Shown piece after piece: positions 46,321-60,300 of a stretch of DNA of 64,000 nucleotides. The stretch is from positions 124,001 to 188,000 of the forward strand of contig QPMI01000035.1 of the NCBI GenBank assembly GCA_004431415.1, written 5' to 3'. A program made the position numbers and the translations under genes. The DNA comes from Cyanophora paradoxa CCMP329 (lineage: Eukaryota; Plantae; Glaucophyta). The notes beneath the pieces are model-generated. The model saw nothing but the letters and a program-made list of their open reading frames with translations, did no database searches and had not been told where the DNA came from. The number at the start of each line of letters is the position of its first letter. Position 1 is the first letter of the stretch.

Positions 46321-49032
46321 AGCGGCCGACCTCGCCGCTGGCGACCTCCTCGTCTCGGATGCCCCACCTGACCCCATCATGGCATCGCGATGTGCAGGAT
46401 CAAAACAGAAGCACAGAAAGGCCGAGCTCGAGCGGCGGGCGCGGACCGCAGGTCGCCGATGTGGAGGAAGAGGCCGCGCTCGGCGCAGAGGGCGCGCAGC
46501 CGCGGGTGCACCACCGCGCGGATCTCGTCGCGCTCCGCCATCATGTCCTCTGCGAGCGCGGGACGCGGGGCGCCAGCGTTATAATCATCCGCGCAGCGAG
46601 CCTCGGAGCGGGACGGGATCCGAGCAGGAAAGGCGCACGGAAGGTGGACGAAACGAAGACGCGGAGGGCGCGCCCGGCCGCGGGGGCGCCCGAGCGGGCT
46701 GCAGGGCCCGCGGCCGCGACCGGGCCCGGGGCGGCAGCGACGGACGCGGCTCCGACGCTGCCGAGCCGCACGGGCACTCCGTGGACGATCACGGGCGCTT
46801 CTGCAGCCGATGGTGCCGGCACCGGCGCCGCGGCCGCGGCCGCTCGACTCGGCGAGCTCCTTGACCGGTCGGCGGCGGACCCGAGCGTCCTTCCGCGGTT
46901 GTCTAGATCTGCTCTGTCTGCAGCTGCGGTGCTAGCTGCTCGGCTAGCTGCGGTGCTGGCACTATTAGTAGAACTGCAACTTCCCATTCGACGACCTTGA
47001 GAGCAGAGGATGCGACTGTGCGACACCAATGTGCTCAAGCGTCGCCGGCGCGCTCGCGTCGACGCTCCAGAAATGCACGCGGCTATTCGTGCACGTACCC
47101 CCTTGACCAACCACTAGTCTTTGTTACCAAGAAGGCACTTGAAGCTTTTAAGCCCTAGAGAGCCGTAGAAACGTGAAGGCGAGGTGCGCCCGCCCCCGGA
47201 CACGGCGCACCCGCGGCCGGCAGCAATTATGATCGCAGGCGCGACCCTCCGACAGCACCGCCGATGGCCGATCGCCGCATGTACATGTGCACGTCCGGGC
47301 ATGTACATGTTGCGCATGCGGCGCTGCAACCCGCACGCTCAGAGCGCGGGACCGCCCATCGCCGCGCCCATCGCCCACGATGGCCGCTCACCGCCTGCGC
47401 ACGTTCGTTATGCGGCGCAAATTCCGCTCGCCTCTAGCTCCGCGGCCGCGGCGTCGTCGCCGCTGAGCGCGAGCGCTGCCCCCGCTGGGCCGGGGCGCGG
47501 CGGCGGCAAAAGCGCAGCGGCGCTCGGCCTCGGAATCCCGCAGTTCCTCCTCCGCAGCCCGTGCCCGTGTCCGTACAGCCCCTCCCGCAGCCCGTGCGCG
47601 GTGCTCCGCGCCTGTCCTTCGCGCAGCCTCGCGGGCTGCGGTCCCCCGCCCCTGCGGGCGGCCCGGGCGGCGGGGCGCTTCTCGGGCCGGGGCGCGCGGG
47701 GCGGCCGGGGCGGCCCTCCGGAGCACCGGCCCCGCCGCCTGCGCGCGGCCCGCGGCCCGACTCCCGGCCGCGGAGTCCCTCGCCGCGGGGCGAGGAGTCG
47801 GGCCGCGGGCCCGACGCGCAGCTCCCCCCCGCGGCCCGCGCGCAGCTCGAGTCTCGTACCTCCTTCCGGGGTACCCTCCGCCGGCCGCCGCCTGTGGCCT
47901 CCCGCCCCTGCTCGCGGAGAAAGGTCCCCCCTCGCCCCCGCCCCTGCCAGGGGGCCCGCCCCGCCCTCCCCGGGGGCCCTGCCCGCAGAGGGCGGGGAGC
48001 CCGGCAAGGGCCCGGCCCGGCGGCGCTCCGGCCTCCTCGGCCCGGGCCCCTCGGGGCCCCCGCCCCGCCCCGGAGGCCCGCCTCCGCCCTTCCCGTACCC
48101 CCCCGCGGCCGCCCCCACAGAGGACGCCCCGGACGCCCGCCCCGAGGTGCTCTACCCCACCCTCTACGCAACTCTCTACCCCGCTCTATCCCCGCTGACG
48201 TCACGCGCGCCCGGTTGCAGCTCGCGCTCCCACGACTGGCGACGTTCGAGCTCGAGTCTCGTACCTCCTTCCCGGGGGTACCCTCCCGCGTGACGTCGCC
48301 CGGTCCGCCGTATCCCGTACCCCGCGCTGTGCTCCGTTTCCCTCCGACCCCGCCCGTCCCGCAGTCCCGCAGGGAACCGGGCAGCCTGCGTTCTCGCGGG
48401 GTAACGCTGAAGGCCTCCGCGGGCCGCCCGTCCGTGTCCGGCCTCGCCCTCGCCCCCGAAGTTCAGGTGAGAGCGTACCCCCCCTCTCTATCTCCTGCAC
48501 CCCGATGAGCTCCCCTCTCCCCTCCGGCTGCGCTCCCTCTCCCCCGTCCCATGCGCCGTCCGGTCCCGTACCCTGCCTCCCTGCCCCCCCCCCCCCCCGT
48601 TGTGACGTGATCCGAGAAGAGGGTACCCCCACAGGCGGCCGGACGGAAGGTGCCTTCTCCCTCTCGGCCCTCGAGCTCGCGCCGGCGGTTAGGCTCCAGC
48701 ACTCGTACCCCGGTCCCAGCCCGCGGCACCGGAGGGGCCCGCGGCTCACCTGAGCCGCCGGCCTGGGCCCCCTCTTCCTCCCGGCCCCCCGCGAGCCCTC
48801 CGAGGCCTCCGCCCCCTCCCGCTCCGCCGTACCCCTCCGTCCCGCTGTCCTCCACCTCCTGCCGCCTCCTTAGGATTCTCGAACAGCCAATATTGTACGT
48901 GTTCTGAACTACGTGCATTCGATTCGAATTCGATTCCAAGTCCGCGACTGGGGCTATATAGCTAGCTGCGTGCAGCGCCGGCGCCGGCTCAGCGGCTGGG
49001 GGTAGCGGCATGCAGCGCCGGCGCCCGCCCGC

Positions 49033-49462
49033 TCAGCGGCCGCAGCGGAGCTCGAGGAGCTCGTCGGCCGACGCCGCGCGCCCCGTCACGAGCGCCGCCG
49101 TCAGGTCCCCGTACATCGAGGGCGGGGCCTGCGCCCCCGGGCCCGCCGCCGGCGGGGCCTCCAGCACGCGGACGGAGAGCGAGGCGGCCGCCAGCGCCGC
49201 CGCGAACGAGGCGGCCGAGCCGTCGTTGACCAGGAGGAGCGCCAGCGGGCGGGCGGCCTCCAGGTGCGGCGTCAGGCCCCCCATAACCTGCCCCAGTTTA
49301 GCGAGCGTAATATTATTAGCTTTGCTAAGCTTTGAATTAAGCGCTAGTGCGATATAGGCTTCTACAGACCTCAGAGACGACGTCGGCGAAGCGCGGGGCG
49401 CGGGGAAGTCCCGCAGGACCTTCGGCGAAGGACGGACCTTCAGGTCCCGCATTCCGCAGGGG

Positions 49463-49496
<34 letters not shown>

Positions 49497-52400
49497 AGGA
49501 CCTTCAGGTCCGCGAAGAGGAGGGGCCGCGAGGCGCCGCCCACGGCCGCCGGGTCCAGCCCCAGCGCCCGCAGCGCCGGCCCCCGCGCCGCCGGCACCCG
49601 CCCCGAGAGCACGAAGCGGGGGTACAGCGCGTCCCCGCATTCGTGGCCCTGCGAGGTGCCGGCCCCGGGCCTCCGGTACCAGACGTCCCACGGCTCCCGG
49701 CCCCCCGTCGGGGCGAGCGCGGGGGGGTACCGCCTCGCCAGCTCCGCCGCGATGGGCGCCAGCGCCCTGCGCGACCCCTAAGAAGAAGAGAGGGCGGCCC
49801 GCTTCGCGTCCGATCGGACCTCACGTGGGCCTCCGAGTCGGCGAAGAACAGGACCCAGAGGCCGGGGGGTACGTCCAGCGTGTGGGCGTGCCTGCGGAGG
49901 GCCGGGCCGCCTCAGCGGAGCTCAGAGCAGAAAAGAGGAGCGGAAAGCGAAGGGCGGCAGTTTAGAGGGAAAAGCTCAGAGATAAAGATAGAAAATAATA
50001 AAGAGGCACAGGGTTTTAGCTTAGTCCAAGATCTAGAGGGCTAGATCTAGATTCTCTCTCGAAGGGCGCACCGGTTGCCGCGGCCCCACTGGTGGTAGTG
50101 GGCCTCAGAAGCTTAGAAGAATGAGATAGAAGCTTAGAGATAAGGGTCTAAATAAACTGAAAGCTAGAGTGGAAAGTAAGAGGCACAGGACCGTAGCTTA
50201 GCAGCTCGAGCAGAAAACAGAAGCGGTCTTAGATCCCAGGGCCGCACCGGTTGCCGCGGCCCCACTGGTGGTAGTGCGCCTCGTCGCGCAGCGATCCGTG
50301 CATGCGCCCCTCGGGCGCCTCGAGCCTGCCCCCCGCGGAGGAGCCGGCGGCGCCCTCGCCGGCCTCCTGGCCCCGCGCCGCCATGTACTCCACCATCGCC
50401 CGCGGCTCCCGCCCCGCCTGCCCGCGAAGAGGCGACGTCAGGATAATAATAGAACACTATCATACGGAGGCGGCATAGTTCAAGGCATTGGGCATGGGCT
50501 TTAGCGTCGCCCGCGGCTCCCGCCCCGCCTGCCGTCGGCCGAGATCCGTCGCCCGGCTTCATTTGCCCGAGAAGGAAGCCGGCTAAGATTGCTAATCCCT
50601 TCAAGGCTCTAAGTCTATTAAGCCTTCTAAGGCCCCAAGTCCATCCAGCGCACCTCGGTCCAGATCCAGCTAAGGTTGTTAAGCCCTTTAAGGCTCAAAG
50701 TTTATCAAGCTTTGAAGGATCTTATCCCGGCGCACCTTGGTCCAGATCTCGGCGGAGGTGGCGTCGACCCAGGAGCGGTGCGTGGCGCCGTAGTCGGGGC
50801 GCAGGTTCCCCGAGTTCCCGGGCTCCCCGTCCGTCGGCACGTTGAAGACCCGCAGCGCCGCGTGCTGCCGAAAGAATCGGCTTAAGAGCTGGCTCGCGCC
50901 CGCAGCGCCGAGAAGCACGCTAGCTAGATCAAGCGAGGTCTTCCTTAGGAAGAGCTAGCAAGCGAAACGTTAAGAGCTTCAGCTAGCTCGCCTTTAGCTC
51001 AAACTCAAGCTCAAGCCAAGCCAAGCCAGCTTAAGCTGACGCTTGGCTAGAGTGAGCTGCCTGGCTCGAGAGCCGGATGCGAGCCGGCCGGGGCGGGGCA
51101 CCTTCCTGACGGCGTAGGCGAGCTGGGAGTCAAGCTAGGCCTTCCTTAGGAAGAACTAGCAACTAGACCTCAAGAAGCTAGAGCTTGAGCTCAAGCCAAG
51201 CGAAGCCAAGGCTGGACGCCAAGCCCAGCCAAGCCGGCGCACCTTCCGTACGGCGTAGGCGAGCTGGGAGTCCTCGGAGGTCTTCCACGTGTGCGGCTCC
51301 TCCCGGAACAGCACCTAGGGAGGGGGGGGGGGGGGGGGGGTCAGAGCGGTGGGCGGGGGAGGCTCGACAGAGCGGCTGATAAGCTCAAGAGCGCGGCCGA
51401 GATAGAGGCCGGGGTGGTGGGTCAGAGAGGGTGGGGGCGGTGGGGGGTGGGGTTGGGGGGCGGAAGAGAGAGGGGGGGGGGGGGGGGGGGGTCGGGGCGG
51501 CATCAGAGTGGCGGGCGAATTCGAAGCTCGAGAGCGAGAAGCGGGAGGGCGAAGCTCTAGAGAGAGGAGAAGGAGGAAGGGGGGGGGGGGGGGCGGAAAG
51601 GGAGAGGGGGGGGGAAGAAATCGCCTTCAGGAGTCGGGTCTCGAGGATGTGCATCGCGAACAGGTGGTCCAGCTCCACCGCCGCGTAGTACCCGTCCTGG
51701 AGAGAGGGGGGGTATGAGAAGAGGAAGACGGAAGGGGGGGGGGGGGACGGGGGTAGAAGGCGCGCCATGGTGTTGTACTCGTCGAGGCGGGAGCCGACGG
51801 TGCCGTTGATGGGTCGGAGCATGCGGCAGCCGCGGGAGCCGACGATACCCCTGCCCGGCGGCCGGTGAGGCGGCGCCGCGGATAGGAGGGGGGCCGAAGC
51901 ACCGGTACTCCTCCGTCCCGAGCATGTGGACGGCGTTCGCGAGGAAGTTGTACCCCAGGACGATGTCGTCGTCCACGAAGGCGACGTAGCGCGTGGGCGC
52001 CTGGAGCCCGAGCTGGAGCCGCCCGTAGTACCCCAGGTTCTCGTCGCTCGAGAAGAAGCGCACGCGCGCGTCGCGCTCCCGCGCCAGGCGCGCCTTCTCC
52101 GCGAAGACGGCGACGTGCGGGCTGCCGAGCGCTGCGCGGCCGCGGGGCGGGGCAGCGTCAGCGGCGCGCTTGCGGCGGCGGCGGCGGCGGCGGCGGAGGC
52201 GCGAGAGAGAGGCCGGGCGAAGGCGCGCCGTTGACCCACACGGCCCGCACGTCGGCGGTCTGGTTCAAGATGGCGTCGAGGACCTGCGGCGCGGGACGCG
52301 CGTCGGACGCGGCGGGCGGGCGCGCGGTGGGGGCTGCACCTCGTCGAAGACGTGCGCGCGCTGGAAGACGGTCAGCACGACCGTGACCGCGGGCTCGCAG

Positions 52401-52984
52401 GGCGCGTAGTCGCAGGGCCGCTGCGGGAGCGCCAGGACTTCGGGGAGGAAGAGGACGGGCGCCGGCTCCAGGAAGGCGCGGTACGCGTGCGAGAAGAAGT
52501 TCGGGTCCTCCACGTCCTCCGCGCCCGACACGGGCTGCAGCGTCGCCGTCGCGACGCGGGCGAGGCCGCCCTCCCACAGGATCGCGGCGGAGAAGAGGAA
52601 GGCCAGCAGCGCGCAGGAGCTCGATCCCGGCGGCGGCCGCCTGCGTGATCGTGCCGCCCGCCGCGCACGGTCGGCATCGCCGGACCGCTGCCTTGCTGGC
52701 ACTGCGGTCAGCGCAGTCCCTCGCGGATCGGGCGCCCCCGCTGTGCTCTCGAGACCTGCGCGAGCTGTGCTCAGGCCAAGGCCGAGTCGAGGAAGCGCTG
52801 GCGGGAGCGCGCGGGGGCCCGGGAAGGGACCTGCAATGAGAGGTCGTGCGCGCGACGCCAAGGCGTCCGCTGTTACGGCCGGATCGCCAGCTTCTACCCT
52901 GCGCCTCCGCCCGAGCGGCATCGCCAGTTCCCGGAATTGATCGTGTCGGTCGCTGTACCCGTCTGGCCAACACATGATACACAT
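49033..52984 (-). CDS. Multi-exon GT2-like glycosyltransferase (type II membrane); start uncertain
   Basis: TM ALLAFLFSAAILW; exons VTVVLTVFQR, QVLDAILNQT, FFSSDENLGYYGRLQLGLQAPTRYVAFVDDDI (DxD), VLFREEPHTWKTSEDSQLAYAVRK. Resembles the plant 'GT family 2' proteins with a YYGRFQ motif. Confidence 0.72.
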
Positions 52985-53105
52985 CGCGGTTTTCGGCGAG
53001 CTAAGGCCGCTTCAGGCGCCATTTTGCGAAGCCACTGAGGTGCTGCAGCGTTTCGGCTCAGAATTGGCTGGCCAGCGGCTCCGCACCAGCGCGATCTGAG
53101 CCGCG

Positions 53106-56100
53106 ATGGCCGCTCGCGCGCCTATCCGGCGTCCGGTCGCCGACGTGGCTGCCGTGAAGACCGTGGAGGAGGGCTGCGTGCTCCTGCAGGCCCACGTTGA
53201 GGATGGCTCGCTCTCCACCGAGCTCTACGCCCAGCTCCCGAACGTGCTGACGGCGATATTCGGCGTAGAGGGTCGTCGGTCCGTGCATGCTCTGCGCCTT
53301 CCGCGTCACGCTCTCACCGCCGGCCGCAGCGCCTGGGTCGACTCCGTCCTGCCGCGCAAGGCGAGCGCCCCGGGGCCGAACCAACTTGAATCGCGCCCGC
53401 TCAGACCGCCGCGCAGGACATGGATGCTCTGTACCGGTTCCTGAACGCTCAGGGCCCGCTCATGAACCTCGTCATGAACAACAAGGCCCGCCGGCCCTGC
53501 GCCCCGGCCGCCCCGGCCGCCCCGCCCGGCGCCAACCAACCCGCCGCTCGCAGGACGAGGATTCTTTCCGCTTCGAAGTTCCCATTAAGCACGTGCCGGT
53601 GCGCCCGCGGTCCCGCCGCGCCAGGAGCCGAAGCGTGCGCTTCCTCCGGCTCACGCCCCGCCCGCAGAACTGGATGGCAGTGGATGCGCAAGGTCGTCGC
53701 CGCGCAGATCCAGTGAGCCCGCGCGCGCGCCCCGCCGAACGCATCCCGCGGTTCGAATCCCGCGCAGGCAGTTCTACGGGTTCGCGCCCTTCACGACCAG
53801 CCATGTCTACGTCCTCCAGGACGCGAACGGGGCGCCCAACCCCGTGCTCATCCTGAGTGCGCGCGTACCCCCTTCCCGCCGCTTTCTTGCTCCGCTCACG
53901 GGTACCAGACATCCTGGAGTACTTCGTCTCCGCTCTTTGCGGGTACTGCCAGAATTCCCGTCCCCCCCTGGCCGCGGACCCGTCCCCCCCCTCAGGCGCC
54001 ATCGCCTCCCCCTCCTCCTCCTCCGGCGCCGGCCGCGGCGTCCCGGGGCCCTCCGCCCTCTCCCCGCGGCTGCACCTGTACCCCTCCGCATCCACCGCGC
54101 GGGCGCCGCCCCCCGCCCCCGTCGTCCGCCCCTACTTCCCCGTCCTCGCCTCGTACCTGCGCGCGGCGTACATGGGCGAGGAGGCGGCGGCGGCCGCCCC
54201 CGCCCCGGCGTCCGGAAAGGGCGCCCCTACCCCCACCCCGGCAAGGGGCGTGGGGGGGCTACAGCAGCTCCGCCAGGCGGCACTCGCGCGTGCCTTCACC
54301 CAGATCGCAGTCGAGCACTGGCTTTTGCAGGCGCGCCGAACCCCTTTCTGTCATCTGCTTCATCCATTCTTACTTGTTCCCGCAGAACCCGCCGCCGCCG
54401 GCCATAGCCGCTGCGACGCAGGCCGCCGCGGCCGCTGCAGCCGCAGCAAAGGCAAGCCTCGGCTCCGCCTTTGATCTCCGGCGCGCCGGCCTGACGCCCC
54501 CCGCAGGCAGCCGCCGGGGCCGCCGCGGCTGCCGGCGCGCCGGCCCCCCAGCCCGCCGCCCCCGCCGCCCCCGCCCTCGCAGAGGTCTGCCCCCCTTTTC
54601 CCACGCCGCCCGCACCCCCTCTTCTCTGACCCCGTGCCCAGGAACCGTACCTGCAGCCCACGCCCGAGCTCCTCGACGCCGTGCACGTACGTACCCCCTC
54701 TCTCGCATCGCCTGTACCCCGGACGAGCTTTCCCTTCCCCCCCTCACCCGACCCTCGACCGCCAGCTCTTCGTCCTACGCCTGCACGCGGGCGTGACGCT
54801 GCCGGCTCTGGCGGCCCCCGAGGGCCCCTCCGCCGCCCTCGCGGCAGAGCTCTCGGACCTGGTCAAGGTTCGCGGAGGCCGTACCCCCATTCCAAACTGG
54901 GAATCACGTACCCCCCCGCCCCGCGCAGGTACCCCTGCACGGCTTCCTCTCGGGGGCCATGTCCCGCTCGTCCTCTCAGACCGTCTTCCTCCGCGCCGTC
55001 GGTGCGATCCGCGTACCCGTACACCCTGCTGGTACCGTACCCCTGACCCTCTCCCCCCACCAACAGATATCTGGTGCAGCTACCTCGAGCCGTGGGCGGC
55101 CCCCGACGCCCTCGCCGAGTGCGCCGTACCCCCCCGAGTGTTCCCTCTACCCTTCACGCCCCGGGGGTACCGCAGCTGGATGTCAAAGAACCTGGAGCAG
55201 GCGCAACGGGGGGCGGCGTACCCCCCGCGGAAGGTCCCCCTCGATAACCCCGCAGCGGCCCTCCAATCCTTCGCCGTCTCCAACTTCGCCTTCTACGTAC
55301 CCCTCCTCGGGGCCTTCGTCGAGAAGGTCCGTTTTGGAGCACACCTCCCTCCCTCCCTCCCCGTCGGCAGCCCTTGCTTATCCCGTACCCCCAGGTGGCC
55401 GCGGTGGACTTTGCCGTACTGGGCCTGGCCTCGCTCCCCACCCACCCCATGTACCAGAAGCTCCTCCAGGTACCTCCCCTGCTCCCCTTCCCTCTTCTTC
55501 CGGGCGAACTCGAGCCCCCGCAGGTCCTCCGGGTCTTCGCATCCGACGGCGCCGGCGGGGCCGTGGGGCCCCTGGACGCTCTCTCGGCCCCGGACGCGCC
55601 GGCGCCCGCCGACCCCGCCGCCCGTCGTACCCGAGGCGAGCTTAATCCTTCTCCCCCGCCCCCCAAGTTTCCGCCCCTCTTAATCTTCCGCAGAACGGCT
55701 TCTGGCGGAGCTGCAGGCGGCGGGCCTGAAGGAGCACAGGCCGCTGCTGCAGGGGAGCGGCGCCGCCTGCGACGCGGCGCGCCGCCTCCTGCAGAACCTG
55801 AGGGCCCTCCGCGGCCAGGAGCTCGCATCGGCCGAGGCGGCGGCGGCCGCCGCCTCCGCCGCCTCCGCCGCGGGCGCACCTGGGAGCCCCTCGGCTTCTG
55901 CGGAGCGATCGCCTGCGCCCGGGTCGCCGCGGGGGGCGGGCCCGGGGGCGGCCCCGAGCCCCTCGTCGGGGGGTACGTCGAAGGGCATGTCTGGCCCCGG
56001 GTGGCCTATCCCAATCTCAGCCCTTCGAGCGGCAGTCCGATAGCCCCATTTCTGGATCAGCAGTCTCTCTCCACGAGCAGATGCTGTGTATTCTTATTTC

Positions 56101-56117
56101 CGTCGTGTTCTCAGTAG
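53106..56117 (+). CDS. Multi-exon host gene resembling SMPD4/neutral sphingomyelinase-3 family; 3' end uncertain
   Basis: Exons LEYFVSAL, AFTQIAVEHWL, PLHGFL, DIWCSYLEPW and FAVSNFAFYVPLLGAF recall SMPD4 motifs (WLSYLQPW; FVxxNxxxY). Confidence 0.5.
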
Positions 56118-57349
56118 CTATAGGGTTGTATCCGATACAGTAGTCTAGTAAGTAGTATTGGTGCAGCCCTCGTGCTGCTAGGGCCGATGTCGGCGTGTAG
56201 TTCGCGCCTCGGCCACCCCTATTCAGTTAATGCTCTACACCGAGCAAACTTGTACACTATCTATTTCTTCACTGCGGCTACTATATCATTCATTCTTTAT
56301 ATTTCACTACGACTTACAATACATACTCCGCTATTGCATGTACAGATTGCTTGCTCTATACTATTATTTGATTTCCTTGTACTATATCTTCATACACCCT
56401 GATCTTTTTATCTTTTTAAGATCACGAGGACGTGATCTCACGAAAAGGGGAGTTGTTGCAGTAGAGATTAGTACTCTGTACCAAGTACACCCCTAGTACT
56501 AGTACTTAGTACCCCTACCGGGGTACACCTGTACTCAGTCCTGTACCCAGTAACACTACCAGCTGCACCTGCACTGCAGCCCACTTGCCTAGCAAGCCAA
56601 CCCAGCCTACCACACATATGCATGGGCCATATGCATATTGATAATTGCGCTTTCGAACTCGTTGTTTTTTTGCAAAGAGCGGGACTCGCGATCAAACGGA
56701 ACTTTCGGTTAGCGATGGCTAAAAACCGTTGAACCAACGCTGCTCGCGATCGGGCCTTTTTCTTCTTCGATTTTGAAATTTTAGGAACCGCTCGGCTCCG
56801 CAATGCACTCGACTCGGCGAGAGGCTACTACTAGGCTAGCTACATGCAGCGCCGGCGACCGCTCAGCGGCCGCACTGCGGCTAAGCATGCGGAACTCGAG
56901 AAGCTTAAGCTCGTCGGCGGGCGCGCAGGCGCCTTCTCCCAGGGCTCCGGCCGGGTCCAGGCTGCCTCGCCAAGTCCGACGTCGACGGTCGATCGCGAAC
57001 TCGAGTCCGCCGCAGCCCCGCCGGGCCGACCCGGCCGCCCGTGACGTCGCCAGCTGCTGCTTGGGGCGTTGCCATACACTCACAGAGTCATCAGATGGAG
57101 ACGTGTTTAAGGCTGGAGGTATTGCGATTCATATCTGGGCCGCGCTGCAGCGCTAGCTGGCCCCTAGACAGTAGAGTCAGCAACAACGACAGTCACAGAG
57201 CTGTCTTAAGCTTGCCAGTGTCACGAACACCGAATTCGAACTATAGATAATAACAACACTAAACGACAGCCATATGCATGAATTATACAAATTGAAGGAT
57301 CAAAAGAAATGTGAATTGTGGACTTGAAATTTGCCACCGCGCTTCATGA

Positions 57350-60300
57350 TCAAGAGGCTGGCAGAGCAGAAAGGGCGGCGGCCGTCTCCCGCGTCTTCGG
57401 GTGCGCCTCCCCGAGCCGCTCCCGCCGCACCGCCAGCGCCCGCTGCAGGGGGCACTCGCGATCGGCCCGCGGCGAGGCGCCCCGCGCCCCGCGCCGGCGC
57501 CGCGCACCTCGAAGTGGGCGCGGGCCTCGTGCGGGCGGCCGCGGGCGGCGGCGAGGGCGCCCATCGCGTGCAGCGTCTCCGCCGCGTCGGGGTGCTCGGG
57601 GCCCAGCGCCGCCTCTCGGACCGCCAGCGCCCCCTGCGCCGAATTCAGAGGGGATTTGGAGGGAGGAAAGAGGGACCAGGGCGCCTTGAGGAGGCGTTGG
57701 GCCTCGGCGTGCTCGCCCGCCCGCGCGAGCAGCTCCCCCAGTGACGTCGCGGAGGCTGCAGTGGCCTTGTGCTGCTCCCCGAGCTTCTCCCGCCGGATCC
57801 TCAGCGACCGCTGCGCTCATCTCAGTTAGCATCACTGATGATCAAAACGAAGAACGAACTGTGCACTATAGCACTAGCTATAGCACTGATATGCGCGTTG
57901 AGGAAGCACCTCAAAAAGCAGGCGTGCTGAGACGAGGTCCTCGTGTTTCATGTGCAGGCGCCCCATCGCATGGAGTGCTGTTGCTGTGTCGGGGTGCTCG
58001 GGGCCGATCGTCTTCTCCAAGATCGCGATGGACCGCTGCGCGAGAGGCCCAGCCCCGTCATGTTATAATTATTAGCCGCGCAGGCGCCACCAGCGCTCTC
58101 GTGATTGAGGAGGATCTGCTCCACGCACTTCGAGCATTGGCAGGGCCTTTTCATAATCACCCATCGCCTGGTGCAGTACCGCGAGCGCGTGGAGCGGCGC
58201 CGCCGTCCTGTGGTGCTCGGGGCCGAGCGCCTTCTCCGAGATCGCGAGGGACCGCTGCTCCGCAAACCCCGCCCCATTGCGTCATCAGCAGTCTCGTCGG
58301 GCCCTACGTCTCTCAAGCTCTTTCGCCAAAAGCAGAACCATTAATATTTCGACCGCGCACCTCGTACAGCGGTAGCGCCTTCGCGTACTCACCTGTATCT
58401 TGGAAAAGCCCTGCCAGCTGGTGGAGCGTCGCCGCTGTGCTGGGGTGCTCAGTGCCGAGCGCTTTCTCAGACATCTCAAGGGAAAGCTGCGCCGGAGGGC
58501 CGCCGCCCCGCCCTCAGTCAGCCATGCTGCCCCGACTCCGCCCGAACTCTCTTAAATTTAAAACTTGATTGAAGCCGTCAGCCATCTCTTCCCGACGCGG
58601 TCTATAGCTTCTTATATTTTGACAACTCTTAAAGTGAAGGATGCAGTGTGAACGTTTCTGCACCTCGTAAAGTGGCAGCGCCTCAACGTAATTGCCCATC
58701 GCCTGGTACAGCACTGCGAGTGTGTGGAGCGCCGCCGCCTTGCTGGGGTGCTCGGGTCCAAGCATTCTCTCGTACATCGCGAGGGACCGCTGCACCAGCC
58801 GCGAAAACCGCGCCCCATCCCGCCGTCAGCCGTCCCGCCCCGACCCCGCCCGCGCTCTCTCGATCGACTCTCTCTCTCTCGGCGAAACACATCCGCTGCG
58901 GCCCGCCGCGCACCTTGCAAAGTGGCAGAGCCTTTGCGTACTCACCCGTTGCTTGGTATAGCCCCGCGAGCTCGAAGAGCGTTGCAGCCGTGTCGAGGTG
59001 TTCTGAGTGGAGTGCCTTGTCCGAAATCGCAAGCGATAGCTGTAACAAAAGCCCCCGCCCCGTCACACAGTAAGCTATTACATATATATGCGCGCACCAA
59101 TCCCACCGCGTGTTCTTTAAATGAAATTAAAAATTGGCTCCGTTGCTAAAATGGCCCCGTTGCCGCATATCCGCTGCGGCCCGCCGCGCACCTCGTACAG
59201 CGGCAGAGCTTTCGCGTACTCGCCCACCGCCTGATATAGCTTTGCAAGTCTGTTGAGCATTGCGGCCGTGCTGGGATGCTCGAGACCTAGCGCCTTCTTC
59301 ACGGTGGCAAGGGCCCGCTGCAACAACCCCGGTCATCCTGACGTTAGCACCCTGCTGCTGCTCTGCCGTGGCCCTGCTGCAAATCCCAGAGCACCTCGCA
59401 CAGTGGAAGCGCCAGTGTGTACGCTCCCATTGCCTGGTGCAGCCCTGCAAGCATATAGAGCGATGTTGCCGTGTTGGGGTGCTCGGGGCCGAGTGCCTCC
59501 TCAGAGATTGCGAGGGACCGCTGCGCAGGAGGCCCCGGCAATTTCCTTGTCAGCCGCTCCACCTCAAACGCAAACCAGGCCCGCCCGTATTCTTTTATGT
59601 CTCTTACTATTTTATGACCAAATTCCCCAAATCAAGTCAGCCCGTGCCATTTTTAATTTGCTGATTGCAGATATCGATCCACCAGCTATAGCTATAAATC
59701 CTACTAGTGCTCCAGCCTACTGCGCACCTCGAACAGCGGCAGTGCTTTCTCGTACTGGCCCATCGACTGGAACAGCCCTGCAAGTTGGAGGAGTGCCGTC
59801 GCGGTGTTGGGATGCTTGAGTCCGAGCGTCTTTTCCGAGATTAACAGGGAGCGCTGCGCCGGAGGCCCCATGGTCATCGAATCTCGAGCTTGTTATCGAC
59901 TGCACCGCTACAATAATAATGCAGCTAGTGCTTATACTCTAGTGTTGATGAAGTTAAAGGGAATCGAGCGCAGACCTACTGCGCACCTCGTAGAGCGGCA
60001 GTGCCTTCTCGTACTGGCCCATCGCCTGGTACAGCCCTGCTAGCGAGCGGAGTGTCGCTGACATGTCGGGGTGCTCGGGTCCAAGCACTTTCTCGGAGAT
60101 TTCAAGGGAATGCTGCGCAGGAGACCCAGAGTCGTCCTTCCGTCAGCCGCCCTGCCTCGACCCTGCCCGAGCTACGGCTCTTGACACGGCGCACTTTGTG
60201 CATTGGCAGCGCCTTCTCGTACTTGCCCATCGTCTGGTACAGCACTGCAAGAGAGTGGAAGGTTGCCGCTGTTGCGGGATGCGTGAGGCCGAGCACTTTC

